Shown piece after piece: positions 45,216 to 55,800 of a stretch of 64,000 nucleotides of DNA. Source of the stretch: Tetramitus jugosus. Taxonomy: Eukaryota; Protista; Heterolobosea. Under the pieces are notes generated by a model, which saw nothing but the letters and a program-made list of their open reading frames with translations, had not been told where the DNA came from and did not search any database. How positions within the stretch are numbered: the stretch's first letter is position 1; each line of letters opens with the position of its first letter. Location: NCBI GenBank assembly GCA_937625935.1, contig OW569349.1, positions 310,001 to 374,000 of the forward strand. Reading direction: 5' to 3'. The position numbers were made by a program, and so were the translations under genes.

Positions 45216-47972
45216 CTAATCCTGCCCTCTGGTTTTTGCCTTCCATTTAGCGACAAAATGACTGTCGATGGGTGGTAGTTTTTTGGCCCCACCACTATTG
45301 GACACTGAAAACGATCCCTTTTGCCGAACCGAATTGTTGGATGGTTGCTTTCTTGGCACGAGGGGTGGGATATGGTCAAGAGGCATTAAAGTTTCGAGGC
45401 CAAGTGCGAAAGATCCTGAATTCTCAGCTCTTAGTTCTGCTGTAATGCTCTTCCTGCGATGATTCTTCTTGAGCTGTGAGAGAAACAAGGATTTCTTGGT
45501 GCTCTTTTTGTCCTTTTGATCAGGGAAAGCATTTCCAGTCATCCATTCGTGAGAACTTGAACCGTAAACCGTAGAGACCACAATAGCTCGTTTTTTAAAT
45601 GATTCCAATCTTTGATTCCTTATTCTAGCACCTTTCCTTTGTTGTGTATCGAGTTGGGACGAACTTGCGGAATATCTTGGGCTTTCATGAATAACACTTT
45701 CAGTAGTTGGATGAGTATTTGATGAGTGATAACCCTCTGACAGAGGACGATGCCCCTCAATGTGCTTCATCATCTCAGTACTCGAGTTCTCAGAGATTCT
45801 TGGCTGCAAAGACTTGTACAGCAATATTTGAGGTTCGCTATTCACCCTCTTTACTCGCTGAAAGGAACCATAAACTGTTACATGACCTACCTCGGCGTCC
45901 CCATTGGGTTGAGAAGTGTTATCGTCACTGATTGATACGAAGTTGTTCATTGAACTCGATTGTAAGTATTGAACAGTATCAAATGCAGGAAGGTCATTCT
46001 TTTTCTCGTCAGTTTGGTAAAAATCAATCGCTTCGATAGGGTAGCTCTTTACAGAACTCGTTTCACTATCAGTGTCATCGAAGTATTCATAAGCGGGTGG
46101 TACCGTATTTTCCGAAGGAAGAGTCCCCGGATAGGAAGTGTTGATTAGATCATGGTCTTGTACACTATGAGTTGAATCAGCTCTCCTGATACGAGAAACG
46201 GCTGCTTGATTCTTTCTTTGCGGCAACCACTTGGACTTGTCTCCAGTTACTTCATTCTTGCCCTCGTCTTCCTCATACATAAAATCAACGTCATAATTCC
46301 CTTCATTTCCTCGAGCACTTAATTGTTCTTCCCTATCATCAACCTGATCAGTAATCTGACTCGTAGAATCAGAAGATGATTCAATAGATGAGACATTTCC
46401 AATTTTATCCACAGTAACCGAACCATTTTGAAATACTTGGGCTGTAACATCGCTCTCAAAAACAACCTTTTTCTTCCATGACCAAAAGATACTTCTCTTA
46501 GTCACAAGGGAAATTTGATGTTGGGCTCTGACTACCTTCTTCTGGAATAATAATCGTTTCTTCAGCTCTTCCAAGAATATCATCTTGATCAGATTGTTTT
46601 CCCTCTTCATCTTCCTCTTTTCAAAATAATCTCTTTTAAGAGCGATGAATCCTTTGTTGAGAAGTGAAACATTCTTTCTTTCAGAAAATAATTGGTGTCT
46701 CGTTTTAAGAAACTTGTTTTGCAGAGCATACTGACGAAGTTCCGTGAATATCTTACCCATCCAATATCCTTTCTCGACGGCCTGAATTTTCTTCATGCAT
46801 CTCACCCGATTTTCAAACTTTTGAACAAATAAGTCATATCCCTCGAGAGAAGAAAATTTCGGTGGAGGTTCATTATTTCGATATGCTGTCACATATCTCG
46901 TGTATCGATACCAGAATTGCAAACAAAATAATTGAAGTCTCTTGATATACACTGATCGTATCATAATGGCATGTCGTTGCCTGCATACGAACATATAATA
47001 TACGAATTTGACCCAGTTTGTGAATGCAGATCTCTGAATACGGAACTTGCTGTATCTTCGGGCTTTAGCATTCCGCAGCCAAGCTTTAAACAGTTCTCGA
47101 AGTTTAAAACGATTGATGCACGTTTTGACCCGGGGCATAACAATTGAACATATTTGATATCTTCTCCAATGTTTCTGAATTACTATAGCTGCCTTATCTC
47201 TTTCGCTCATCTCTGCTTGCTCTCTTCGATCCCAGATCAACTTTTGCATTAGTCTCATGCCCTCCCTCCGCTGCTTCGCTGTCATATGTGTTGATTGGTA
47301 TTGAGATAGCAGAACATTAGTCATTATTTGAAGAGTCTTATCATCTAGAACCTCGAAATCGATATTCTCTTCCGTGTCCTTGAAAGACTTGAGTTCTATA
47401 GGAGAAGTATGATATCCTTGTTGAGATTCGAATTCTTCCTGTCTCTGATTTAACTTCTGAAGATGAAATCGCTTCCCTAATGATTTCAAGCTCTTTGATA
47501 AAATGGAAGTTCTTAACCGATTCTGATAGAGTTCTTCATTAGGTGTTTGCTTAATGTTGGAGGAACTCGGTAGAACGATTGATTTAGCCTTCTTATTCTT
47601 TCTCTCTTGTTGATACTTTCTATACTGATCCATGAATAAGTTGTACTGGAGTGCCCAAGCATCACTCGAAGAACCTTGAATGTAAGAATCCAGGTTATTG
47701 AAATCAATGGCCTTAGAGTTCACATTCACATGTCTCTGTCTCAACGGAGATGGATTTACCAGATGACTCCTATCTAAGAAATCGCTGGCAACGCAACTCG
47801 TTGTAATCGAATGCAACAGAATCAAGTGTTGATTCATCATTGCATGTTGCATAGCAGCCAAATCGATTTGCTTTGGTTGTGCCGTGTTCGACGGAGTTTG
47901 ATTTTCATGAAAATCTCTGACTATATTGAAACTTTGTTGATCCACTGCTGTGTTGTCATCTACATGATCCAT
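45216..47972 (-). CDS. IQ-motif / Sfi1-like repeat protein
   Basis: AAIVIQKHWRRY IQ motif and repeated F..W motifs (LFKAW, AFTNW, IFWSW). Confidence 0.55.
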   Translation of the reverse strand: MDHVDDNTAVDQQSFNIVRDFHENQTPSNTAQPKQIDLAAMQHAMMNQHLILLHSITTSCVASDFLDRSHLVNPSPLRQRHVNVNSKAIDFNNLDSYIQGSSSDAWALQYNLFMDQYRKYQQERKNKKAKSIVLPSSSNIKQTPNEELYQNRLRTSILSKSLKSLGKRFHLQKLNQRQEEFESQQGYHTSPIELKSFKDTEENIDFEVLDDKTLQIMTNVLLSQYQSTHMTAKQRREGMRLMQKLIWDRREQAEMSERDKAAIVIQKHWRRYQICSIVMPRVKTCINRFKLRELFKAWLRNAKARRYSKFRIQRSAFTNWVKFVYYMFVCRQRHAIMIRSVYIKRLQLFCLQFWYRYTRYVTAYRNNEPPPKFSSLEGYDLFVQKFENRVRCMKKIQAVEKGYWMGKIFTELRQYALQNKFLKTRHQLFSERKNVSLLNKGFIALKRDYFEKRKMKRENNLIKMIFLEELKKRLLFQKKVVRAQHQISLVTKRSIFWSWKKKVVFESDVTAQVFQNGSVTVDKIGNVSSIESSSDSTSQITDQVDDREEQLSARGNEGNYDVDFMYEEDEGKNEVTGDKSKWLPQRKNQAAVSRIRRADSTHSVQDHDLINTSYPGTLPSENTVPPAYEYFDDTDSETSSVKSYPIEAIDFYQTDEKKNDLPAFDTVQYLQSSSMNNFVSISDDNTSQPNGDAEVGHVTVYGSFQRVKRVNSEPQILLYKSLQPRISENSSTEMMKHIEGHRPLSEGYHSSNTHPTTESVIHESPRYSASSSQLDTQQRKGARIRNQRLESFKKRAIVVSTVYGSSSHEWMTGNAFPDQKDKKSTKKSLFLSQLKKNHRRKSITAELRAENSGSFALGLETLMPLDHIPPLVPRKQPSNNSVRQKGSFSVSNSGGAKKLPPIDSHFVAKWKAKTRGQD

Positions 47973-48238
47973 TTGTCATATGTGTGACTCCTTCCTCCCT
48001 CTGACAACAACCGGCGCAGATCATCCACTTTCGTACTGTGATTTTTGGCGCTCAAAAACCAAAAACGCCCGACTTTTTTTGCGAGCTTCAACAAACACCG
48101 ACTTCTTCTTGAAGAAGCCATTCTATTTCTCCCTGATCGCTCTGTTTCCCCACACACAAAAACAAAACGACAACAAACCATCCCTAAGAGCTTCACGAAG
48201 TACACGACAACAAGTCATCGAAAACACAAAGCAAAAAA

Positions 48239-49582
48239 ATGAACTATCCTAGCAACAGCAATTTAACACTGGACGCAACTAGACATCTCTCCTCCTACAC
48301 TCCCACACACTTTCAACAACAACAACAATACAATAGCAACAACACGATGCTGCAACGCCCTCAAACACCACTCTACTCTGCTGCCGCAGCATCTACAATG
48401 GACATTCGCTCGACTCTCTCTCCCTCCACAGGCTACTATCTATCACCATCAGCAGCAGCATTAGCCAACAATCAACAACAACAACAACAATTACCTACCA
48501 CATCATGGGGTGTCTCATCATTATCACCTTCACCCTTTTCACGAAATTCAATGACAAATCGCATCCCAGGATTAACAACAACAGCAATGGCAGCCTCTGC
48601 GACTTCGCTCTCTCCTACCACTCATCATCAATTGATGAAACCCTTGGCTACTACTACTACTGCCACGAGTCCAATGATGGGTTTCATGGTAGGACCAATC
48701 TCTCCATCAGCAACAGCTACCATTGCACCAACAGCAGTTGCACCAGACTCTGCTTTCAAGCTCTCGAAATTCTTGCAACGCAGTGCATCCAAGCAATCAC
48801 CTTCGATGACAACAATGATGCCACAACAACAACAACAACAATTGCAGTCACAAGCTCAACAACAACAACAACAGTATTCCTTTAGCTTCTCTTCACCTGC
48901 ACCAACAATGACTACGGCTGCTGCTACTACTGCGACTACGACTGCTGCAGAGACAAAAGACACACCTCCACCAACAGAGAGTATCACTGATTTGTTGACA
49001 CTGAACGCACCAATTACATTGGACAGTGGCAGTAGCTCAAAACCATCATCTGCTGCTGCTGCTGTATCAAAGCAGTATTGGGTCAGAATATTCGGATTTC
49101 CATCCTCCAAAATATCGATTGTGCTATCTGATTTCTCCGCACTCTGTGGTGGAAGAATATTGAATCATGTGTCCAGTGAAGGCAACTGGGTAGATGTCGC
49201 ATTCGATAGTGAGAGTGCTCGTATGAAAGCACTGGAGAGAAACGGACAAATGTTGGACAGTTTGAAGCACTTTGTGATTGGTGTGTTGAAATTGAGTGAT
49301 GATGTTCACGGCAGTAGTGCCCATGTGGACAATAGCAGCAGCAGTGATGAGCGAGCAGTGCCAAAGAGACTGTACATGATTAAGCGACCAAATGATATTG
49401 TGATGAGTGATGAACGAGGTGAGCAAACCCTAAAGAGAAAGAGAAGCATGTACGATGACGAACCGACAACAGAGATAACTGCATCATCGTCCTCACTATT
49501 AACAACAATGGCAGACGAAAGACCATTGAAACGACAAAGATCATTCTTTTATCAAATGTTGGAAAACATTTTCAAGTTTTGA
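48239..49582 (+). CDS. NUP35: Nucleoporin Nup35/Nup53-like
   Basis: PPPTESI motif, RRM WVRIFGFP...GNWVDVAF...ALERNG and a C-terminal amphipathic helix. Confidence 0.75.
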   Translation: MNYPSNSNLTLDATRHLSSYTPTHFQQQQQYNSNNTMLQRPQTPLYSAAAASTMDIRSTLSPSTGYYLSPSAAALANNQQQQQQLPTTSWGVSSLSPSPFSRNSMTNRIPGLTTTAMAASATSLSPTTHHQLMKPLATTTTATSPMMGFMVGPISPSATATIAPTAVAPDSAFKLSKFLQRSASKQSPSMTTMMPQQQQQQLQSQAQQQQQQYSFSFSSPAPTMTTAAATTATTTAAETKDTPPPTESITDLLTLNAPITLDSGSSSKPSSAAAAVSKQYWVRIFGFPSSKISIVLSDFSALCGGRILNHVSSEGNWVDVAFDSESARMKALERNGQMLDSLKHFVIGVLKLSDDVHGSSAHVDNSSSSDERAVPKRLYMIKRPNDIVMSDERGEQTLKRKRSMYDDEPTTEITASSSSLLTTMADERPLKRQRSFFYQMLENIFKF

Positions 49583-49587
49583 GTAAA

Positions 49588-49680
49588 TTAAGGTGGCGGT
49601 CCACTGTCGATCAAACCATAATAAAAAAATTATGATTTCCCGACACCTTAACGCTCCTACATAATCGGGATTTACATAGC
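49588..49680 (-). ncRNA. Predicted Fanzor omegaRNA scaffold; guide would continue into 49587 and below
   Basis: Lies between the Fanzor stop and the element end. Stem TCCCGA/TCGGGA has a loop 8-mer (TTAAGGTG) complementary to the terminal CACCTTAA, predicting a pseudoknot. Confidence 0.65.
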
Positions 49681-51558
49681 AGCTTGATGGAGTGAGCCTT
49701 GGAGGTGTTCCACCATTTTGATTAATTCTTTTGCGACCTTTTTCTTCCTCTTGAAGGCATCGGGACGTGACTGTCCATCCATTTCTGTTCTCAGTAGATG
49801 GAGCATGTTCTTGGCCGCATTGATGTCTCTGTTGTGAGTCACTAAACATTTAGTGGTTGCACACTGTTTAACTCCTCGGACGACAGAGACATTCAACGTT
49901 CCATTCTTGTCTATTCTCTTATGCTTGACTGGCTTGAGTTGACAATGACAGCCATTGCAAATCTGAGAAGTCTTATACTCATCCACCATATGGACTTGGA
50001 AATGTTCAGTCATTCTCTTCAACAATTTGACTTTAGGACTAACCATGTTACCCTTATAACTATTCTTGAATCCACCATTGCCCATCCCAATCAACATACT
50101 TCTTCCTTTCGACTTCTTTTTCAAATCATTCATCACACCAGAAAGAGTCTTGTCTCTCATCATGTAACTGTCCCAATTCAGTTTCTTCACCTTTGAAGAA
50201 CAATAAAAGTCCAACAAATCTTCCTCGACTTCCAAAACCGAATCAATATGTTCTAGGTACAAGTCATTAGACGAGACATTAGAAGTCTTGATCGAGTTGT
50301 GGAGTTGATCAACATTCTTCCCACTCTTCTCATTCCACTGCTTTTGGAATTTCAATAATCGTTTCTTGTTCTTGGAATGGTGAGAGAGGTGATGGTACGT
50401 CTTGTTACTCAACTCCCATTTGTTACCATCATTATCAACACAAGACAATAAGGTAACAATACCGGGATCAATACCCACCAAGTATTCGGATTGAGGGATT
50501 GGAGGTTTTGGATCAACCTTTTTCTTCTTGGGTGCCTTTTCCTCTGACTTCTTCTTTTTCACCTTGTGGTTCACATGGTTATCAATCAATTGATGTCTAA
50601 CAACCACAGAGGCCTGTATACCATCTGTTCTCACAGAGTCAATCTGCAACTTTCTTGAACCGACATTCAAACAATCAAGGTTGTATGAAAATACTGGGCC
50701 TTTTTGGATCTTGTCTAACAATTTTTGAAATTCTTTGGTTCCAATTTCGATACATCTACACCTAAAATGACACTGTGGTAACAAAGTAAATGATTTCCTG
50801 TCTTTAGAGATCAAATATTTTTGAATGTGCCAGTAAAGTTTGAGAATTTGATTAGGATTCTTTTCGATGTAATCTTCACTCATTGGTTCTTTTGTGCCAA
50901 CAACGTCATTCACTTCTTTGATCAATTGAGGGATTAAATAAATCAATTCTTGAGGAGGCAGTTTTTGAAAGTCATACACCTCAGCCGTAAAGATTAATTT
51001 TCTAATGATGAAATCAATCACTCTTCTTTGTTCACTTTTTGGAATCTTTAAAGATGGATCAATCAATTCTTCCATTCTCAGTCTCAAATAGCGCTTCAAT
51101 CTTTGCTCCAAAGTGAATTGAAACATATTGGAGATATTAGTGGCCAATGATTTGGCAACATAATTGAATGAATCTGAATAGCCATTGTATATTTTTCGCA
51201 ACTTTTCGATTTCATCATTCATGTTGATGGTGGCATTGATTCTTTCAACATTCTTGGTTCTATCAACAGAGTTTCTTCCAAAAAGGACAGAACAAATTCT
51301 TTGAATGAAGCCTTGATTCACCTCAGGAATATTCACTCGTGATTCCAAGCACTTCAAAACAAAGGAACTGAGGAGCCTAGAGATTCTAATAGCTGCTCTA
51401 GTAATTCCTTTTGCTCTTTCTTCAATCACTGGAACTAAAGAAGGATGATTCTTCAATAGAGATTTCAAACCAACCTTGATGACATAATGAGAAGAATAGT
51501 TTTCCTTATTGACTCTTGTTCTCTTCCTCTTCCCACTCTTGGGTACTCCTCGAGGCAT
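49672..51558 (-). CDS. Fanzor (eukaryotic TnpB-family RNA-guided endonuclease), Fanzor1-like, 628 aa
   Basis: RuvC-I GIDPG, RuvC-II VDEYKTS, Zn finger CNGC...CATTKC, RuvC-III NRDINAAKN; basic NLS-like stretches; no stops or frameshifts. Confidence 0.92.
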   Translation of the reverse strand: MPRGVPKSGKRKRTRVNKENYSSHYVIKVGLKSLLKNHPSLVPVIEERAKGITRAAIRISRLLSSFVLKCLESRVNIPEVNQGFIQRICSVLFGRNSVDRTKNVERINATINMNDEIEKLRKIYNGYSDSFNYVAKSLATNISNMFQFTLEQRLKRYLRLRMEELIDPSLKIPKSEQRRVIDFIIRKLIFTAEVYDFQKLPPQELIYLIPQLIKEVNDVVGTKEPMSEDYIEKNPNQILKLYWHIQKYLISKDRKSFTLLPQCHFRCRCIEIGTKEFQKLLDKIQKGPVFSYNLDCLNVGSRKLQIDSVRTDGIQASVVVRHQLIDNHVNHKVKKKKSEEKAPKKKKVDPKPPIPQSEYLVGIDPGIVTLLSCVDNDGNKWELSNKTYHHLSHHSKNKKRLLKFQKQWNEKSGKNVDQLHNSIKTSNVSSNDLYLEHIDSVLEVEEDLLDFYCSSKVKKLNWDSYMMRDKTLSGVMNDLKKKSKGRSMLIGMGNGGFKNSYKGNMVSPKVKLLKRMTEHFQVHMVDEYKTSQICNGCHCQLKPVKHKRIDKNGTLNVSVVRGVKQCATTKCLVTHNRDINAAKNMLHLLRTEMDGQSRPDAFKRKKKVAKELIKMVEHLQGSLHQAAM

Positions 51559-51958
51559 ACTAATGGTTGTTTGGTTTGATAAAAATGAGATATGATTGTT
51601 ATTGTATTTGTTGTATGGTGTATTTGTTGTGTGTTGTATTTGTTGTGTGAGATGAATCAAACAGCGAAAAAGACAGCGCTTTTTAAACCGAGGTAGATGG
51701 CCGTTGCCGTTGTAAAGACAGTCTCAACGGAAATTTTTACAACTGCACCAATTCCGCAGCTTAGAGGAAACTGATACAACATTTATTGTATTTTTTTATA
51801 ATATATCCACCTATCTATCCAATCTTGAACCAACGAAAAACTTTCTCTCTGACACGACAACAACAACAACGAAAAACACAAGTCGCACAACGAACATCAA
51901 CAACAACAACAACAACAACCAAATCAATCAAAAAAGATGGAGAGTCGACAAGAGGTGT

Positions 51959-52606
51959 CTATTCGCAGTGTGCATTGTAGATTCTCTGAGCAAGTTTCAA
52001 GTAGGAGAATACAAGCGGTACCAATGTGTATTGAATTCTCTTGACACCACCCTGACCAAAGTGCTTTCTGGCTGCGGCCAAAACTTTAAACAATTGATCA
52101 GTATCGCTATTATCAAACAAATGAACCAATCTGGCAATCAAGTTCTGTTCTTCTTCGAAATCTTCGAGCAATGTTGCAGCTATAGGTGAGTCGTCAGAAG
52201 GTGAGAATGTTGTCTGGTCTTCCTCATCCTTCAACAGTGGACGAATCAAATCAAACAGTTTGTTCACTTGTTCAAATGTTGAAATCTTGTGTCCATTGTC
52301 AAGTGCGCATCTCACAATGCTCAGTACAATAAACTTTCTCTGTTCATATCCAAGAGAATGAATAATATCACCATACTTCTCCAACTTCAAAACTGTTAGC
52401 ACATTGTTGTATGACTCGAGTGGCACCAACAACAATCGCTTCAACATGTCTACAATTTCATCTGAAGCAAGTGCAGTGCTATTCAATTGACTAGCAATGT
52501 TATTAATAATCTTGTTGACATAGTCAGTGTTATCAGGATATGTTTGAAGAGCAAGTGTCATCAATGAGATCTGAATACTCAAGTTATCGGACAATTCAAC
52601 ACCTCT
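51959..52606 (-). pseudogene. VPS35: Captured internal fragment of the retromer subunit VPS35
   Basis: YPD..DYV, LL..PL..YNNVLTVLKL, DFEEEQNLIARLVH and ARKHFGQGG.KRI.YTL.PLVF match the middle of VPS35; N- and C-terminal parts are absent. Confidence 0.88.
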
Positions 52607-52849
52607 CTAATGGTATCAATAGTAGGACAGAATTTGACAAACGTCAGAAAACTCATACTCATCATCAGGTCACTCGCATTCACGATGTCCTTCAGAGTGT
52701 TTGTTTTCTGTTTTTTGCAAGTTTTTTTTGATGAAAAAAATCAATGATGGGTAAATTTATACGATTTCTCCTATTAAAACGATTTCTTCAGTGGACGGCC
52801 ACCTTAAACAACATTTATTTTTGAGAGCAATATCCATGATACACTCTTT

Positions 52850-55800
52850 CTATTGCATCAGCTTACCTGATCTTCTTTCCTTGCTCTCCTTGGCCTTCTT
52901 GACTGGTTGATTCATGTCTTCTCTCTTGTCACCATACTGTTTGTCTCCTCTTGTTGCCTTGGGTCCGTACACGTCGAGATCGCTCGATTCAACAGCCAAA
53001 TTCTTGAGGAATCTCTTCTTTCTTCTCGTTTCATAGCCATAGAATCGCTTAGAGAATTCAGTGCTCAAGTCACGAATGGCCAAAAGAAGAATATCGTCCT
53101 CTGGTATATTCATGCTGTCCAAAGAGTTTCTCAAATTACGCAAATCATTGTTCACTTGATTCAAGTGAGTTTTGGCAACGTTAGCAGAATGGAAGGAATT
53201 ATCTCGGCAGAGTCTCTGAATGTGACCATGTGAGAAGAAATCAACAGCATATGAGTTGAGCATTTCAGATTCGAGAGACACGTGAGGAATGATTGATGAG
53301 TCGATCACCATAGTGTGCTTCACAGTAGCCAACAATTTCTCAACAGTTGAGTATTGGTCATTGTTACCAGACAAGGCAGCAAATGAGGAAGTTGAGTGGT
53401 TTTGATGTCTTTGTTCCTTCAATCTTCGAACAATCTCTCCTTCATCAACCTCTGGCTCCTCTTCTTCCTTCGTTGCTGGTTCTTCTTGAACAACTTCGAC
53501 TGGCTCTGGAATCTCCTCCTTCTCTTCTTCTTCTTCGTCTTCATCCCACATCAAGTCTTCGTCATTGATCTCTTCCTCTGCAGGCTCTTGTGGCTCTTCC
53601 GGCTCCTCTTCCAATGTACCACCTGCAATCGTTTCACCTGGTACATACTTAAATTGAATCTTACTCAATGGGAGCTCTGTATCAATATTTTCTTGAGGAT
53701 GAGCACAGGAATAGCTTCTGACAAACTCTGAATAAATTTGCTTCACAAGAGTCGAGTAACCATGGTAGGCATCAGAGATACCACTTGGTAATGGAGCAAC
53801 AGTTCTACACATGACATCCTTCTTGAAAATCTTGATTCTGCCAAAGAAATAGGCAAGTACTGCCAGCAATCCCTCCAATCTCTTCTCATACGCAATTTCC
53901 TCATCCTTCAACAAGTTGTGCAGCATGTCGTTTCTAGCAAAGAAGGTCATCATGAAGTTATATGGCTCGTGATAGTGCATACGAGAAATGAAGCTTGCAA
54001 AATTGAGAGGAGTTCCATTGGGATCAACATAACCATTTCGAAGCAAAAATTCTGTAGAATATCTAAAGTAGTGCTTGACCTGATGCAAAGATTGAGGCAT
54101 AATCTTACCCAACACGAACAAAGGTTGCTGAAGAACTCTCAGATAGTCCGTACGAACATTTTCTTCCTTCTCTGGACTATGCTTCAAAGTTTCATAGTAT
54201 GAGATGAGCATTCTCAAGAGGAAACTTGGCTTTAAACCCATGGATCCCATAATATTTGGAGGAGCAGACGTCATATATCTGTTAATGGTTGCTTGATCGA
54301 TACCGTAGAGGCAAACTCTTCCCAAACTGTCAAACCCTCTTCTACCCGCTCTACCAGCACATTGGTAAAATAGAGTTGTATCCAAGTATTTAGATTTTCC
54401 AACAATAACAACAGTTCTCGCAGGCATGTGAATACCAAGAGCAAGAGTACTGGTGGCAATTACAACAGGCAATGCTCTTTGTCTGAATAAGCGCTCAACT
54501 GCTTTTTGATAGTTTTCGTGAATAGCGGTGTAATGCACCGAGATACCATACTTCAAACCTTCAATAAACATTTCATCAACTAGTCCAGTTAACTCATCAC
54601 AAACAGATGCAATTTGCAACAATGCTTGAGATCTGTCTTTGTCAGTCTCCCAGAGATTGATTCTATTTGCTTTCACATAAATTAATAGAGTCTCGAGCAA
54701 CTTATCGATAAAGTATCTAGAGAAGTAGAAACAGATTGCAGGCAATTGTCGTTGTTGTCTCAAGGACATAATCAACTGGCAGAAGTGTTGTTTGAGGAAG
54801 TGCTGACTTTCAAAAACACGCTTGCTGTAATGACTGTTCATCAATGAGAACGATGAATCCAAGTCTTTTCTGATATCTGCGAAAATACTCAACATTAACT
54901 CTTGATGTGCTTGAGATCTAGCATACTTTTGAACTGTACTTGTCACAAGCTTGCGGTATTGGAGTAACTTGTTTCTATCTATCAATCCAAAGTCCTGTGA
55001 TAATTTAGATGGATCACACTCTTCAAAAATGTTCTCAACACCCATCATAGCACACACTCTGTTGGCAGAATCAAAGAATTGAAGACATTCAGCAGCTGAG
55101 AATGTTTGCAGTCTGTCAATCTCCTGATCAACAATTCTATATGCATTCAATACAGAGAGTGGATGAATGGAATGTAGCTTGCTAGGTTGATCTTCAAGAG
55201 CTGGTTGGAACACCTGGAATTCTAGAGGTTGTGGTCTATCCTTGTGTTCGACGAGTTGCACATCAGATTTGTTTAGACTTAACCATTGAGTGAACTCCTT
55301 AGGATTTCCAATTGTAGCAGATAAGGCCAAAAATGGGCACTTAACCATCAACAAAATATGTTCCCAAACATCTCCTCCATCTGAACTCATACAGTGAACC
55401 TCATCAAGAATAATATATCTAAGTCTTTCTCTCCACTCAATATGCTCCTTTGTATGAGAGAACAACATAATCTCCAAACACTGAGGAATGGTAATCAGAA
55501 TTTGAGATGTTGTTACATTGATACGGTCGGACGATGTAAACATGCCCAACATTTGTCTAGACTCAGGATGAGCATACTTCTTCGCATATTTACTGTATAA
55601 CTCAGCAAATACTTGATTCGTCAGTGCTTTTGTTGGCAAACAAAATACAACCACAGAATCATCATTCTCTCTCAATATCTTCTCGATCACGTAAAATGCA
55701 ATAAAAGTCTTACCAGAGGAAGTAGGAGCAGAAACAAGAATAGATCGATCTCTATCAACATGTTCTATTAGCTCGTTTTGCCACGGATCTGGTCTGAATC

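Larger units (their letters stand above)
49592..52803 (-). mobile_element. Non-autonomous TIR DNA element carrying Fanzor and a VPS35 fragment
   Basis: TIRs GGTGGCGGTCCACTG (49592-49606) and CAGTGGACGGCCACC (52789-52803) match at 14/15 positions. TTAA flanks both sides (49588-49591, 52804-52807). Confidence 0.88.

Noticed and set aside
49672-51660. Cas12 or bacterial IS200/IS605 TnpB contamination; 662-aa start at 51660
   Set aside because: No array or TnpA; the ORF is embedded among intron-containing genes with TIR/TSD ends and has Fanzor-type motif spacing. The first 34 codons are a low-complexity leader before the ATG at 51558
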